Positions 1-9,775 of a stretch of 64,000 nucleotides of DNA are shown piece after piece (position 1 is the first letter of the stretch; every line of letters starts with the position of its first letter). The notes under the pieces were generated by a model. That model saw only the letters and a program-made list of their open reading frames with translations, had not been told where the DNA came from and did not search any database. The translations under genes were made by a program, and so were the position numbers. This DNA is from an uncultured Eubacteriales bacterium (lineage in GTDB: Bacteria > Bacillota > Clostridia > TANB77 > UBA1234): positions 10,110 to 74,109 of the forward strand of contig CASDSU010000036.1 in NCBI GenBank assembly GCA_949283575.1, in the 5' to 3' direction.

Positions 1-296
1 TAGGTGGTTCTTTTAGAAAAACAGCTAACATAGGCGATGTTATAATTGCTTCTGTAAAGAGTGCTGCACCAGGCGGAATGGTAAAGAAAGGCGATGTTGT
101 TAAAGCTGTTATCGTAAGAAGTAAAAGAGGTATTCAAAGACCAGATGGTTCTTACATCAGATTTGATGAAAATGCTGCCGTTATTATAAAAGATGACAAA
201 ACTCCAAGAGGTACACGTATATTTGGACCTGTTGCAAGAGAACTAAGAGATAAAGAATATATGAAGATAGTTTCACTTGCTCCAGAAGTTCTATAA
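1..296 (+). CDS. rplN: 50S ribosomal protein L14, partial (5' end outside window)
   Basis: In-frame translation from the window start gives [43 protein letters not shown]..., a conserved L14 C-terminus; the gene sits in spc-operon order. Confidence 0.9.
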   Translation, partial: GGSFRKTANIGDVIIASVKSAAPGGMVKKGDVVKAVIVRSKRGIQRPDGSYIRFDENAAVIIKDDKTPRGTRIFGPVARELRDKEYMKIVSLAPEVL

Positions 297-370
297 TATA
301 TTGACTTGGAAAAATTCGAGAATAAATAAAAAGCAGAAAGAAATAATCCGAGAGGTAGGTGTAAAAATAA

Positions 371-691
371 ATGAGTAACATGCACGTTAAAAAAGATGAT
401 GTTGTAGTAGTAAACTCAGGAGCAGATAAAGGTAAAAAAGGTAAAGTGCTAGAAGTTATTCCAAAAGACAACAAAGTAGTTGTTGAAGGAGTAAATATTA
501 GAACAAAACACACTAAACCAAGAAAAGCTGGAAAAGAAGGCGGTCTTGTGAAAAAAGAGTGTGCAGTTAATGCTTCAAAAGTTAATTTATATTGCTCAAA
601 ATGTAAAGCTCCAAGAAGAGCGAAAGCAGAATTAAAAAAAGATGGCACAAAGATTAGAGTTTGTGTTAAATGTGGAGAAGAAATAAAGTAA
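371..691 (+). CDS. rplX: 50S ribosomal protein L24 with a C-terminal Cys4 zinc ribbon (alternative start at 380)
   Basis: MHVKKDDVVVV...KGKVLEV KOW motif; the C-terminus has CSKC...CVKC; the RBS AGGTAGGTG lies upstream. Confidence 0.9.
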   Translation: MSNMHVKKDDVVVVNSGADKGKKGKVLEVIPKDNKVVVEGVNIRTKHTKPRKAGKEGGLVKKECAVNASKVNLYCSKCKAPRRAKAELKKDGTKIRVCVKCGEEIK

Positions 692-709
692 GAAAGGAGG
701 TAATTTCTA

Positions 710-1249
710 ATGTCAAGTTTAAAAGAAAAATATAAAAGTGAAGTAGTTCCAGAATTAATGAAAAAATTTAATTATACATCAGTAATGCAAGTTCCAAAGC
801 TAGAAAAAATTGTAATTAACATGGGAGTTAGCGATGTTCGTGATAACGCTAAAGCTTTAGAAAATGCTATGAGAGATTTAAGTATCATTACAGGACAAAA
901 GGTTGTATCAACTAAAGCTAAAAAATCAATTGCTGGATTCAAGATTAGAGAAGGTATGGAAATTGGTTGCAAAGTAACTTTAAGAAACATTAAAATGTAT
1001 GATTTTGCTGAGAAATTATTTGCAGTTGCACTTCCAAGAGTTAGAGATTTTAGAGGGTTATCTCCAAATTCTTTTGATGGAAGAGGAAATTATTCAATGG
1101 GCGTAAAAGAACAATTAATATTCCCTGAAATTGAATATGATAAAATCGATAAAATTAGAGGAATGGATATAATTTTCGTAACAACAGCAAATACAGACGA
1201 AGAGGCAAAAGAGTTATTAAGACTTCTTGGTATGCCATTTTCAAAATAA
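710..1249 (+). CDS. rplE: 50S ribosomal protein L5
   Basis: 179 aa with the conserved L5 sequence ([23 protein letters not shown]...); RBS AAGGAGG upstream. Confidence 0.95.
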   Translation: MSSLKEKYKSEVVPELMKKFNYTSVMQVPKLEKIVINMGVSDVRDNAKALENAMRDLSIITGQKVVSTKAKKSIAGFKIREGMEIGCKVTLRNIKMYDFAEKLFAVALPRVRDFRGLSPNSFDGRGNYSMGVKEQLIFPEIEYDKIDKIRGMDIIFVTTANTDEEAKELLRLLGMPFSK

Positions 1250-1260
1250 GGAGGTAAACC

Positions 1261-1446
1261 ATGGCAAAAAAATCTATGATTGCAAAACAAAAACTAGCTC
1301 CAAAATTCAGCACAAGATATTACAACAGATGTAAGATTTGTGGAAGACCACATGCTTATATTCGTAAATTTGGAATATGCAGAATTTGTTTTAGAGAATT
1401 AGCTCACAAGGGTCAAATACCAGGTGTTAAAAAAGCAAGTTGGTAA
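1261..1446 (+). CDS. rpsZ: 30S ribosomal protein S14 type Z (zinc-binding, 61 aa)
   Basis: [23 protein letters not shown] is the zinc-ribbon S14 motif; RBS AAGGAGG. Confidence 0.9.
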   Translation: MAKKSMIAKQKLAPKFSTRYYNRCKICGRPHAYIRKFGICRICFRELAHKGQIPGVKKASW

Positions 1447-1486
1447 TATAAACTCTTGAGCTTATATATCAGCAAATAAACGATTG

Positions 1487-1565
1487 CTAGAGCATTAGAG
1501 ATTAGATATTAGGTGCTCTATAAAGTCAAAAATATATATGAAAGAAATAGAGAATTTAGTCTCTA
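1487..1565 (+). promoter_or_regulatory. Two stem-loops in an unusually long 155-bp S14-S8 spacer (possible S8 autoregulatory or processing site)
   Basis: Inverted repeat ctagagca...tgctcta (1487-1519) and tagaga...tctcta (1548-1565); the S14 and S8 genes are normally almost contiguous. Confidence 0.3.
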
Positions 1566-1601
1566 ATTTCTAAAATCTAGAATGAAAGGAGTACGTTTTA
1601 A

Positions 1602-1997
1602 ATGAACATTACTGATCCAATAGCAGATATGCTAACAAGAATTAGAAATGCAAATACACAAAGACATGAAACAGTTGATGTGCCTTCATCAAAATTAAAG
1701 AAATCAATAGCTGAAATCTTATTAAATGAAGGATATATAAAATCTTTTGAAGAAATAGAAGATAATGCACAAGGTATTATAAGAATAACTTTAAAATATG
1801 TTAATAAACAAAAAGTTATTACTGGTTTAAAGAGAATTAGTAAACCAGGTCTTAGAGTATATGCTACAAAAGACGAGTTACCAAAAGTATTAGGTGGACT
1901 TGGTATAGCATTAATCTCTACATCAAAAGGAATAATGACTGACAAGAATGCTCGTAAAGAAGGTATCGGAGGAGAAGTTCTTGCATTCGTTTGGTAA
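1602..1997 (+). CDS. rpsH: 30S ribosomal protein S8
   Basis: [17 protein letters not shown] is the conserved S8 N-terminus; 131 aa; RBS AAGGAG. Confidence 0.95.
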   Translation: MNITDPIADMLTRIRNANTQRHETVDVPSSKLKKSIAEILLNEGYIKSFEEIEDNAQGIIRITLKYVNKQKVITGLKRISKPGLRVYATKDELPKVLGGLGIALISTSKGIMTDKNARKEGIGGEVLAFVW

Positions 1998-2039
1998 TAA
2001 ACGATGGAATAACATATTTTAAAGAAAGGAGTAATTAAA

Positions 2040-2579
2040 ATGTCTAGAATAGGAAAACAACCTATAACAGTACCTGCAGGTGTTGAAATCAAAATTGAAG
2101 AAGGAAATGTTGTAACTGTAAAAGGGCCTAAAGGAACTTTAACAAGAGCATTACATAAAGATATGATTATTAATGATAAAAATGCAGGAGTTATAACAAT
2201 TGAACTTAAAGATGAAAAACAAAACGCATTACAAGGCTTAACAAGAACACTTTTAAACAACATGATTATTGGTGTTACAGAAGGATTCAAAAAAGAACTT
2301 GAAATTAATGGCGTTGGTTACAGAGTTCAAAAACAAGGTAACAAATTAGTTATGAACATGGGATTTTCTCATACTGTAGAGTTTGAAGATAGAGGAGATA
2401 CGAAAATCGAAGCTCCATCTCAAACAAGTATAATTGTTACAGGCCCAGATAAAGAAGCTGTAGGACAACTTGCAGCAGAAATCAGAAAAGTTAGACCACC
2501 AGAGCCATATAAAGGTAAAGGTATTAAATATATTGATGAAAGAATAATTAGAAAAGAAGGAAAAATGGGCAAAAAATAG
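2040..2579 (+). CDS. rplF: 50S ribosomal protein L6
   Basis: MSRIGKQPITVPAGVEIKIE... 179 aa. Confidence 0.95.
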   Translation: MSRIGKQPITVPAGVEIKIEEGNVVTVKGPKGTLTRALHKDMIINDKNAGVITIELKDEKQNALQGLTRTLLNNMIIGVTEGFKKELEINGVGYRVQKQGNKLVMNMGFSHTVEFEDRGDTKIEAPSQTSIIVTGPDKEAVGQLAAEIRKVRPPEPYKGKGIKYIDERIIRKEGKMGKK

Positions 2580-2623
2580 TTCGAAATAAGAACTAGAGAA
2601 CATTTAGAAGGGAGAGAAAATAG

Positions 2624-2983
2624 GTGATTAACAAACATTCTAAAAACGAAACAAGATTAGTTAGACACGCTAGAGTTCGTAGGAAAATTAGTGGAACTCC
2701 AGAACGTCCAAGACTAAGCGTATATAAGAGCTTAAAAGGTATCTATGCTCAAATAATAGATGATGTTAATGGTAAAACTTTGGCTGCTGCTTCAACATTA
2801 GATAAAGAAGTAAAAACAAAGGCTAGTAACATTGAAGCTGCTAAAGAAGTTGGAGCATTAGTTGCAAAAAGAGCTACTAAAGTTGGTATCAAAACTATTG
2901 TATTTGACAGAGGTGGATACCAATACCACGGAAAAGTTAAAGCGTTAGCTGAAGCTGCACGTGAAGGTGGATTAGAATTTTAA
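2624..2983 (+). CDS. rplR: 50S ribosomal protein L18 (GTG start)
   Basis: [26 protein letters not shown] motif; GTG start preceded by GAAGGGAGAG. Confidence 0.9.
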   Translation: MINKHSKNETRLVRHARVRRKISGTPERPRLSVYKSLKGIYAQIIDDVNGKTLAAASTLDKEVKTKASNIEAAKEVGALVAKRATKVGIKTIVFDRGGYQYHGKVKALAEAAREGGLEF

Positions 2984-3001
2984 TCGAAAGGAGTAAATAA
3001 A

Positions 3002-3493
3002 ATGATAGATGCAAGCACATTAGATCTTCAAGAGAAAGTTGTTGCAATTAATAGAGTTGCTAAAGTTGTTAAAGGTGGTAGAACTTTTAGATTTAGCGCA
3101 CTAGTTGTTGTTGGAGATGGTGCTGGACACGTTGGCGTAGGTAACGGAAAAGCTGCTGAGGTTCCAGATGCTATAAAAAAAGCAATTGAAGATGCTAAAA
3201 AGAATATGGTTGAAGTTCCAATAGTTAACGATACTATTCCACATGAATTAATTGGTAACTTTGGTTCTGGTAAAGTTTTATTAAAACCAGCTGGCGAAGG
3301 TACTGGACTTATCGCTGGTGGTGCTGCTAGATCAGTATTAGAACTTGCAGGATATAAAAACATTAGAACAAAGAATTTAGGTTCAAGCAATCCTAGAAAT
3401 GCTGTTTATGCTACATTAAAAGCTCTTTCAGAAATGAAAACAGTTGAAATGGTTGCAGCATTAAGAGGAAAAAAAGTAGAAGAAATTTTATAA
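3002..3493 (+). CDS. rpsE: 30S ribosomal protein S5
   Basis: [23 protein letters not shown] motif; 163 aa. Confidence 0.95.
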   Translation: MIDASTLDLQEKVVAINRVAKVVKGGRTFRFSALVVVGDGAGHVGVGNGKAAEVPDAIKKAIEDAKKNMVEVPIVNDTIPHELIGNFGSGKVLLKPAGEGTGLIAGGAARSVLELAGYKNIRTKNLGSSNPRNAVYATLKALSEMKTVEMVAALRGKKVEEIL

Positions 3494-3528
3494 ATAATAA
3501 ATAAAGTTAATAAAAGGGAGGTGCAGAA

Positions 3529-3972
3529 ATGAAACTTGATGAATTAAGACCAGCACCTGGTTCAAAAACAACTAGAAGAAGAGTTGGTAGAGGTATTGGT
3601 TCTGGATTAGGTAAGACTGCAGGAAAAGGTCATAAAGGACAAAATGCTAGAAGCGGTGGTGGAGTAAGACCAGGCTTCGAAGGTGGTCAAATGCCTTTAT
3701 TTAGAAGAATTCCAAAGAGAGGATTTAATAATAGAAACTCTAAAGTATATACAGAAGTAACATTAGCTATGCTTGAAGAAAGACTTGAAAAAGGAGCGGA
3801 AGTTACAGCTGAATCACTTCTAGAACTAGGTATAATTAAGAAAATTAATGATGGAATAGTTATTTTAGGTAATGGAGAATTAACTAAAAAAATAAACGTA
3901 AAAGCAGCTAGAGTAACTAAAACAGCTGAAGAAAAAATCAAAGCTGCTGGGGGAAAGGTTGAGGTGATATAG
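3529..3972 (+). CDS. rplO: 50S ribosomal protein L15
   Basis: [38 protein letters not shown]; it follows rpsE directly, with no L30 gene between them. Confidence 0.95.
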   Translation: MKLDELRPAPGSKTTRRRVGRGIGSGLGKTAGKGHKGQNARSGGGVRPGFEGGQMPLFRRIPKRGFNNRNSKVYTEVTLAMLEERLEKGAEVTAESLLELGIIKKINDGIVILGNGELTKKINVKAARVTKTAEEKIKAAGGKVEVI

Positions 3973-5325
3973 TTGTTTAAAACACTATTTAACGCTTGGA
4001 AAATTCCTGAATTAAAAAAGAAGATATTATATACATTACTATTATTAGCAATATTTAGATTTGGTTGTGTAGTTACAGCACCTGGTGTAGATGTTGAAAA
4101 TTTACAACTAATAATGAATCATAATACAAACTCGATTATGAACACAGTTGATATAATTACTGGTGGAGCATTTTCGTCATTCTCAATCTTTGCTCTTTCA
4201 ATCAGTCCTTATATCACAGCATCAATTATATTGCAGCTTCTAACTTTTGCGATTCCAGCCTTGGAAGAGATTTCAAAAGAGGGCGAGAATGGTAGAAAAA
4301 GAATTTCTCAATATACAAGATATACGGCAGTTATTTTAGCAGCAATTGAAGCTTTTGGTATATATATGATGTACAGAGGAACAGGATTCCACTTTATAAA
4401 TGCACCATTGACACCATTAGTTTTTATACTATCACTAACATGTGGATCTACATTGTTAATGTGGGTTGCTGAACAATTGACAAGTAAGGGAATTGGAAAT
4501 GGTACTTCATTATTGATTTTTGCTGGTATTATTTCAAGATTACCACAAGCTGCAAGATATTTATATGAAGTAGCACTTGAAAAAGGTGCTGTTGGAGTGT
4601 TAATAGCTCTAGGAGTAGTTATTGGTGCGATATTACTTATTGCAGGTGTTGTTTGGGTAACTGAAGCAGAAAGAAGAATTCCGGTTCAGTATGCAAAGAG
4701 AGTTGTTGGAAGAAAAATGTATGGTGGACAAAGCACACATATTCCAATGAAACTTTCAATGGCAGGTGTTATGCCGGTTATCTTCGCAATGTCATTCATG
4801 CAATTGCCAGCAATGATAATGCAATTGATAAATCATGATATAGCTACGAGTACAGGATTTATTGCGGGATTGTATAAAATTTTTGCTTTTACATCGTTAG
4901 AAACAACTGGTTTATGGGATTCAGCAACAAGTACATTTAATTGGGATATTTTAGGTTTTGGTCTATTACATATGTTGATATATGTATTACTAATTGTAGG
5001 ATTTACATTCTTCTACACTATGTTTATGGCTTTTAACCCAACAGAAGTGTCAAATAACTTGAAGAAAAATGGTGGATTTATACCAGGAATAAGATCTGGA
5101 AAACCAACATCTGATTATTTAGAATCAGTTTTAACAAGTATTACTGCTTTTGGTTCTGTATTTTTAGCAATTATTGCTGTATTACCAATACTTACACAAT
5201 TTGTTGGACTTCAAATTTCATTTGGAGGAACTGCTATATTGATTGTTGTAGGTGTTGCATTAGAATCAGTAAAACAATTAGAATCTCAAATGTTAACAAG
5301 ACATTATAAAGGATTTTTAGATTAA
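3973..5325 (+). CDS. secY: Preprotein translocase subunit SecY (TTG start abutting the rplO stop)
   Basis: 450 aa with 10 predicted TM helices, MFKTLFNAWKIPELKKKILYTL N-terminus and GIGNGTSLLIF motif. Confidence 0.95.
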   Translation: MFKTLFNAWKIPELKKKILYTLLLLAIFRFGCVVTAPGVDVENLQLIMNHNTNSIMNTVDIITGGAFSSFSIFALSISPYITASIILQLLTFAIPALEEISKEGENGRKRISQYTRYTAVILAAIEAFGIYMMYRGTGFHFINAPLTPLVFILSLTCGSTLLMWVAEQLTSKGIGNGTSLLIFAGIISRLPQAARYLYEVALEKGAVGVLIALGVVIGAILLIAGVVWVTEAERRIPVQYAKRVVGRKMYGGQSTHIPMKLSMAGVMPVIFAMSFMQLPAMIMQLINHDIATSTGFIAGLYKIFAFTSLETTGLWDSATSTFNWDILGFGLLHMLIYVLLIVGFTFFYTMFMAFNPTEVSNNLKKNGGFIPGIRSGKPTSDYLESVLTSITAFGSVFLAIIAVLPILTQFVGLQISFGGTAILIVVGVALESVKQLESQMLTRHYKGFLD

Positions 5326-5335
5326 TAAAATAGTA

Positions 5336-5370
5336 AAAGCTTCACGATTAAGTGAGGCTTTTATTTTTAT
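5336..5370 (+). terminator. Rho-independent terminator after secY
   Basis: Hairpin aaagcttcac...gtgaggcttt followed by a T-run. Confidence 0.6.
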
Positions 5371-5398
5371 TGATAATAACTAAAACATGTAGTATACT
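5370..5398 (+). promoter_or_regulatory. Sigma-A-like promoter for the inserted acidic-repeat gene
   Basis: TTGATA, 17-nt spacer, TATACT. Confidence 0.5.
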
Positions 5399-5424
5399 AT
5401 CTTTGGTAGAAAAGGAGGATGGAA

Positions 5425-5799
5425 ATGAAGAACTTTTTAAGAATAGTAATGTTTTTAATAATTGCTGCAGCAGTAGCTGGAACTACTATCTTTTTAACAA
5501 AGCAAAATGACAATTATGCAACAAATAATCCAGAACAAATTTCAAGTGGAGATATTGAGGAAGTTAATAACAATATTGAAGTACCGGAAATTTCTGGTGA
5601 AATTAGCGGAGAGTTGAATGTTAGTGGTGAAGACTTTGAACTTGAGGGAGATGCAAGTGGAGAGCAAGTTGAAATTTCAGGTGACGAAACTGAAAATCCT
5701 TCAGAAGTTACTTCAGGCGAAACTTTAGAAGAAATATCAGGCGAGGTTTCAGGAGAAGTGAGTGGCGAAATAAGAAATAATGAAGAGTTAGTTGCTTAA
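5425..5799 (+). CDS. Membrane-anchored acidic protein with SGE(I/V) repeats, hypothetical (alternative start 5419)
   Basis: An N-terminal TM helix (FLRIVMFLIIAAAVAGTTIFL) is followed by a low-complexity acidic tail with repeated EISGE, VSGE and SGEV units. It has its own promoter and RBS GGAGG and is inserted between secY and adk. Confidence 0.5.
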   Translation: MKNFLRIVMFLIIAAAVAGTTIFLTKQNDNYATNNPEQISSGDIEEVNNNIEVPEISGEISGELNVSGEDFELEGDASGEQVEISGDETENPSEVTSGETLEEISGEVSGEVSGEIRNNEELVA

Positions 5800-5822
5800 A
5801 AATAAAAGATGGAGGTAAAAAA

Positions 5823-6476
5823 ATGAGATTAATTATATTAGGTGCACCAGGTAGTGGTAAAGGATCACAATGTAAATGGATTACAAGAGATTATGATGTT
5901 CCACATATATCAACGGGAGATATTTTGAGAAAAAATATCTCTGAAGGAACTATATTAGGACAAAAAGCAAAAAGTTATATAGATCAAGGTGCGTTAGTAC
6001 CAGACGAACTAGTTATAGACATATTGAAAGCAAGATTAGATGAGGCTGATTGCAAAGAAAAAGGATTCTTATTAGACGGTTTCCCACGAACAATATCTCA
6101 AGCAGAAGCTTTAGAAGAATATTTGAATGATGCTGGTGTGAAAATTGATAAAGTTATTAATTTACATGTACCAGATGAAGAAATCATGGCTAGAGCAATA
6201 AATAGAAGAACTTGTGAGAATGCAGAGTGTAAGGAAATTTATAATTTAAGAGATAATCCACCAAAAGCAGAAGGAATTTGTGATAAATGTGGAAGCAAAT
6301 TGTTCCAAAGAGCGGACGACAATGAAGAAACTGTAAAAAATAGATTGATGGTATATCATAACCAAACAGAACCATTAATAGAGTTTTACACAAAGAAAAA
6401 TTTGCTTGCTACAATTATTGGACAAGATGATATAAATGATACGATAGCTTTAGTAAAAGCTGAGCTTGCAAAATAA
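5823..6476 (+). CDS. adk: Adenylate kinase (zinc-binding lid, CxxC...CxxC)
   Basis: GAPGSGKGSQC P-loop; lid CENAEC...CDKCG; 217 aa. Confidence 0.95.
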   Translation: MRLIILGAPGSGKGSQCKWITRDYDVPHISTGDILRKNISEGTILGQKAKSYIDQGALVPDELVIDILKARLDEADCKEKGFLLDGFPRTISQAEALEEYLNDAGVKIDKVINLHVPDEEIMARAINRRTCENAECKEIYNLRDNPPKAEGICDKCGSKLFQRADDNEETVKNRLMVYHNQTEPLIEFYTKKNLLATIIGQDDINDTIALVKAELAK

Positions 6477-6496
6477 TTGAGTTAAGAGGGGTAAAA

Positions 6497-7258
6497 ATGA
6501 TTGATATAAAAACTGATCGTGAAATAGATATAATGAGAGAAGTTTGCAAAATAGTAGCCCTTGCACATGAAGAAATAAAAAATTCTTTGAGAGTAGGAAT
6601 GACAACAAGAGAAATAAATGAAATTACAGAGAGAGTTTTTAAGGAACATGGAGCTAATCCATCGTGTAAGGGATATCCACACGGTTCAAAAAATCCATTT
6701 CCTGCTGCTACATGTATATCTGTGAATAATGAGGTTATTCATGGTATCCCTGGTGAAAGAGTGTTAAGAGATGGTGACTTAGTGAGTATCGATATTGTTG
6801 CTGATAAAAATGGATTTTTTGGTGATGCTACGAGAAGTTATGTTGTAGGCAAAGGAACTCCTGAAGCTTATGAAATAATAGAAGCTGCTGAGAAAAGTTT
6901 TTGGGCAGGAGTTAAGGCTGCACAACCAGGAAACAGAATTTCAGATATATCATATGCAATACAAAAAAGTGTAGAACAAAGGGGTTATTCAGTTGTAAAA
7001 GAATTCCAAGGACATGGTATAGGTAAAGAAATGCATGAAGAACCAGGTATACCAAACTTTGGAAAACCTGGAAAAGGTCCACGTATAATTCCAGGTATGA
7101 CACTAGCTATTGAGCCTATGATAAACGAAGGATCACCGGACATAGAAATACTTGATGATGGATGGACTGTTGTAACGTATGATGGAAAACTTTCGGCACA
7201 TTATGAAAATACAGTGTTTATTGGTAGAAATGGTCCAGAAGTATTAACAATTTTATAG
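6497..7258 (+). CDS. map: Methionine aminopeptidase type I
   Basis: 253 aa with a MetAP pita-bread fold (HGIGKEMHEEP, DIVADKNGFFGD). Confidence 0.95.
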   Translation: MIDIKTDREIDIMREVCKIVALAHEEIKNSLRVGMTTREINEITERVFKEHGANPSCKGYPHGSKNPFPAATCISVNNEVIHGIPGERVLRDGDLVSIDIVADKNGFFGDATRSYVVGKGTPEAYEIIEAAEKSFWAGVKAAQPGNRISDISYAIQKSVEQRGYSVVKEFQGHGIGKEMHEEPGIPNFGKPGKGPRIIPGMTLAIEPMINEGSPDIEILDDGWTVVTYDGKLSAHYENTVFIGRNGPEVLTIL

Positions 7259-7269
7259 ATTTTTAACAA

Positions 7270-7314
7270 AAGAAAGCATAAAATAGAGGATTCTATAATA
7301 TGCTTTCTTTTTTG
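7270..7314 (+). terminator. Rho-independent terminator after map
   Basis: aagaaagcata...tatgctttctt hairpin followed by TTTTT. Confidence 0.6.
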
Positions 7315-7344
7315 TAAAAAAGAAGTATAATAAAATCAAAAAAA

Positions 7345-7373
7345 CGTTGACATATAGCCTAATTGGTTGTATA
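7345..7373 (+). promoter_or_regulatory. Sigma-A-like promoter upstream of the KOW-protein/infA/rpmJ/alpha-operon genes
   Basis: TTGACA (7345-7350), 17-nt spacer, TATACT (7368-7373). Confidence 0.5.
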
Positions 7374-7469
7374 CTTATTGAGTTAGAAAGTGGCTTTTTG
7401 CCAGTCTAAACAAGAAAGGTAGATAAGGTAAATTGCGGAATACAAGTTGGAAGTATTGTAATCTCAACA

Positions 7470-7700
7470 ATGGGACGAGATAGAGGCATGTATTTTATAG
7501 TAATTGATTCAGATGATAAATATGTGTTTTTAGTTGATGGCTCTACTAGAAAAATAGAGAGAGTTAAAAAAAAGAAAATAAAACATATAGAATTGACAGA
7601 GTATCATTCTGACGTTATTGCCGAAAAGGTAAAAAATAAAAATAAAATCTCAAATCAAGATTTAAAAAAGGCCTTAAAAGAAGTTCTGAAAAGTAGGTAG
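7470..7700 (+). CDS. KOW-domain RNA-binding protein (YbzG-like), found between map and infA in Firmicutes
   Basis: 76-aa basic protein at the position where Bacillus carries ybzG; an internal Met at 7488 is an alternative start. Confidence 0.6.
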   Translation: MGRDRGMYFIVIDSDDKYVFLVDGSTRKIERVKKKKIKHIELTEYHSDVIAEKVKNKNKISNQDLKKALKEVLKSR

Positions 7701-7709
7701 GAGGGAAAA

Positions 7710-7928
7710 ATGTCTAAAGAAGATATTATTGAAGTTGAAGGTACTGTGGTAGAAGCATTACCAAATACGGAATTTATAGTTGAACTTGAAAATGGACATA
7801 AATTACATGCTCATATTTCGGGCAAACTAAGAATGAATTTCATAAGAATACTACCAGGAGATAAGGTAAAGTTGGAATTATCACCATATGACCTTAACCG
7901 TGGAAGAATTACTTGGAGGGCAAAATAA
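7710..7928 (+). CDS. infA: Translation initiation factor IF-1
   Basis: [53 protein letters not shown]; 72 aa. Confidence 0.95.
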   Translation: MSKEDIIEVEGTVVEALPNTEFIVELENGHKLHAHISGKLRMNFIRILPGDKVKLELSPYDLNRGRITWRAK

Positions 7929-8016
7929 TAGTTTTGCGCGGCACTTTCTTTAAAAGGGAAAGTAAAAATATATATAATATTTTATTAAACTGGTTGTTTT
8001 TTAAGGAGGGAAAATA

Positions 8017-8130
8017 ATGAAAGTAAGACCATCAGCCAAAAAAATCTGCGACAAATGCAAAGTAATCAAAAGAAAAGGCGTAGTAAGAGTAATATGCGAA
8101 AACCCAAAGCATAAACAACGTCAAGGATAG
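8017..8130 (+). CDS. rpmJ: 50S ribosomal protein L36 (37 aa, missing from the ORF track because it is under 60 aa)
   Basis: Translates to [37 protein letters not shown]; RBS AAGGAGGG sits 7 nt upstream. Confidence 0.9.
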   Translation: MKVRPSAKKICDKCKVIKRKGVVRVICENPKHKQRQG

Positions 8131-8271
8131 GACAAAATTAGTTAGTAAATATTAAAAAGGTGCGGCTGTCCTAAAGGATTCTTTTTAGTATTTATATAGA
8201 TCAACTGCTTACGTCACTAAGCAATTAGGAAGGCAAAAGTAATGAAAAATTTATGGAGGTGTATTTTTTAA

Positions 8272-8643
8272 ATGGCTCGTATTGCAGGAGTTGACTTACC
8301 AAGAGAAAAAAGAGTTGAAATAGGCTTAACATATATCTATGGTATAGGAAGAACAAAATCAAACGAAATATTAAAAGCATCTGGTGTTAATCCAGATACA
8401 AGAGTTAAAGATTTAACTGAGGATGAAGTTATTAAAATAAGAGAAATTATTGATAAAAATGGATACAAAGTAGAAGGTGACTTAAGAAGAGAAACTGCAT
8501 TAAACATTAAGAGATTAATGGAAATCGGTTGCTATAGAGGTTTAAGACATAGAAAAAATCTACCAGTAAGAGGACAAAGAACAAAAACAAATGCTAGAAC
8601 AAGAAAAGGTCCAAGAAAACTAGTAGCTAATAAGAAGAAATAA
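8272..8643 (+). CDS. rpsM: 30S ribosomal protein S13
   Basis: [26 protein letters not shown]. Confidence 0.95.
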   Translation: MARIAGVDLPREKRVEIGLTYIYGIGRTKSNEILKASGVNPDTRVKDLTEDEVIKIREIIDKNGYKVEGDLRRETALNIKRLMEIGCYRGLRHRKNLPVRGQRTKTNARTRKGPRKLVANKKK

Positions 8644-8658
8644 GGAGGGTGAATTATA

Positions 8659-9060
8659 GTGGCTAAAGTACAAGCAAAAAAGAATGTGACTAGAAAAAGA
8701 AGAGAGCGTAAAAATATTGAAAAAGGTCAAGCTCATATTCACTCTAGTTTCAATAATACAATAGTTACAATTACTGACGTACAAGGTAATACAATTTCTT
8801 GGGCAAGTTCAGGCGGACTTGGATTTAAAGGTTCAAGAAAAAGTACTCCATATGCATCACAATTAACTGCAGAAACAGCAGCTAAAGCAGCTATGGAACA
8901 TGGTTTAAAAACAGTTGAAGTTTTTGTTAAAGGACCAGGAGCTGGTAGAGAAGCTGCAATCCGTGCACTTCAAACAGCAGGACTTGAAATCAGTATGATT
9001 AAAGACGTAACTCCTATTCCACACAATGGTTGTAGACCACCAAAAAGAAGAAGAGTATAG
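8659..9060 (+). CDS. rpsK: 30S ribosomal protein S11 (GTG start)
   Basis: [20 protein letters not shown] motif; RBS AAGGAGGG. Confidence 0.95.
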   Translation: MAKVQAKKNVTRKRRERKNIEKGQAHIHSSFNNTIVTITDVQGNTISWASSGGLGFKGSRKSTPYASQLTAETAAKAAMEHGLKTVEVFVKGPGAGREAAIRALQTAGLEISMIKDVTPIPHNGCRPPKRRRV

Positions 9061-9105
9061 TCGAAATTATTTTTGAAATTTAATTAAGAAAGGATGAATA
9101 TATAA

Positions 9106-9735
9106 ATGGCAAGATATACAGGAGAGTCATGCCGTGTTTGCCGTAGAGAAGGCGAGAAATTGTTTCTTAAAGGTTCAAGATGTTATACTGATAAATGTGC
9201 TATAACAAGAAGAGCATATGCACCAGGTCAACATGGACAAAAAAGAAAGAAACAATCAGAATATGGCACTCAATTAAGAGAAAAACAAAAAGCAAAAGCA
9301 TTTTATGGTGTATTGGAGTCTCAATTTAGAAAATATTTTGAAGAGGCTGCTAGATCAAAGGGAGTTACAGGTACAAGATTACTTCAAATTTTAGAAAGTA
9401 GACTAGATAACGTAGTATATAGATTAGGATTAGCTACATCAAGAGCACAAGCTAGACAATTAGTAAGACATGGTCATTTCGAGGTAAATGGAGTAAAAGT
9501 AAATATTCCATCATACTTAACAAAAGTTGGAGAAGTTGTTAAAGTTAAAGAATCAAGTGCAAATAGTGAAATTTTCAAACAAATAATTGAAGCAACAGAA
9601 AATGGTAGACCAGTTCCAACATGGTTAGAATCAGATCTATCAAATAAAACAGGAAAAATAGTAGCTCTTCCAGCAAGAGATGAAATAGACTTACCAGTTC
9701 AAGAGCATTTGATTGTTGAATTGTATTCTAAATAG
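9106..9735 (+). CDS. rpsD: 30S ribosomal protein S4
   Basis: [23 protein letters not shown] zinc-ribbon N-terminus; 209 aa; located in the alpha operon as in Clostridia. Confidence 0.95.
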   Translation: MARYTGESCRVCRREGEKLFLKGSRCYTDKCAITRRAYAPGQHGQKRKKQSEYGTQLREKQKAKAFYGVLESQFRKYFEEAARSKGVTGTRLLQILESRLDNVVYRLGLATSRAQARQLVRHGHFEVNGVKVNIPSYLTKVGEVVKVKESSANSEIFKQIIEATENGRPVPTWLESDLSNKTGKIVALPARDEIDLPVQEHLIVELYSK

Positions 9736-9775
9736 AAATAATTAAAAAACAAAATTATATTTAGGAGGTTAAAGA

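Noticed and set aside
184-3390. Long minus-strand ORFs (184-648, 1598-2290, 3028-3390, and similar) overlapping ribosomal protein genes
   Set aside because: They are antisense shadow ORFs inside highly conserved plus-strand genes, with no RBS and low-complexity, hydrophobic translations.
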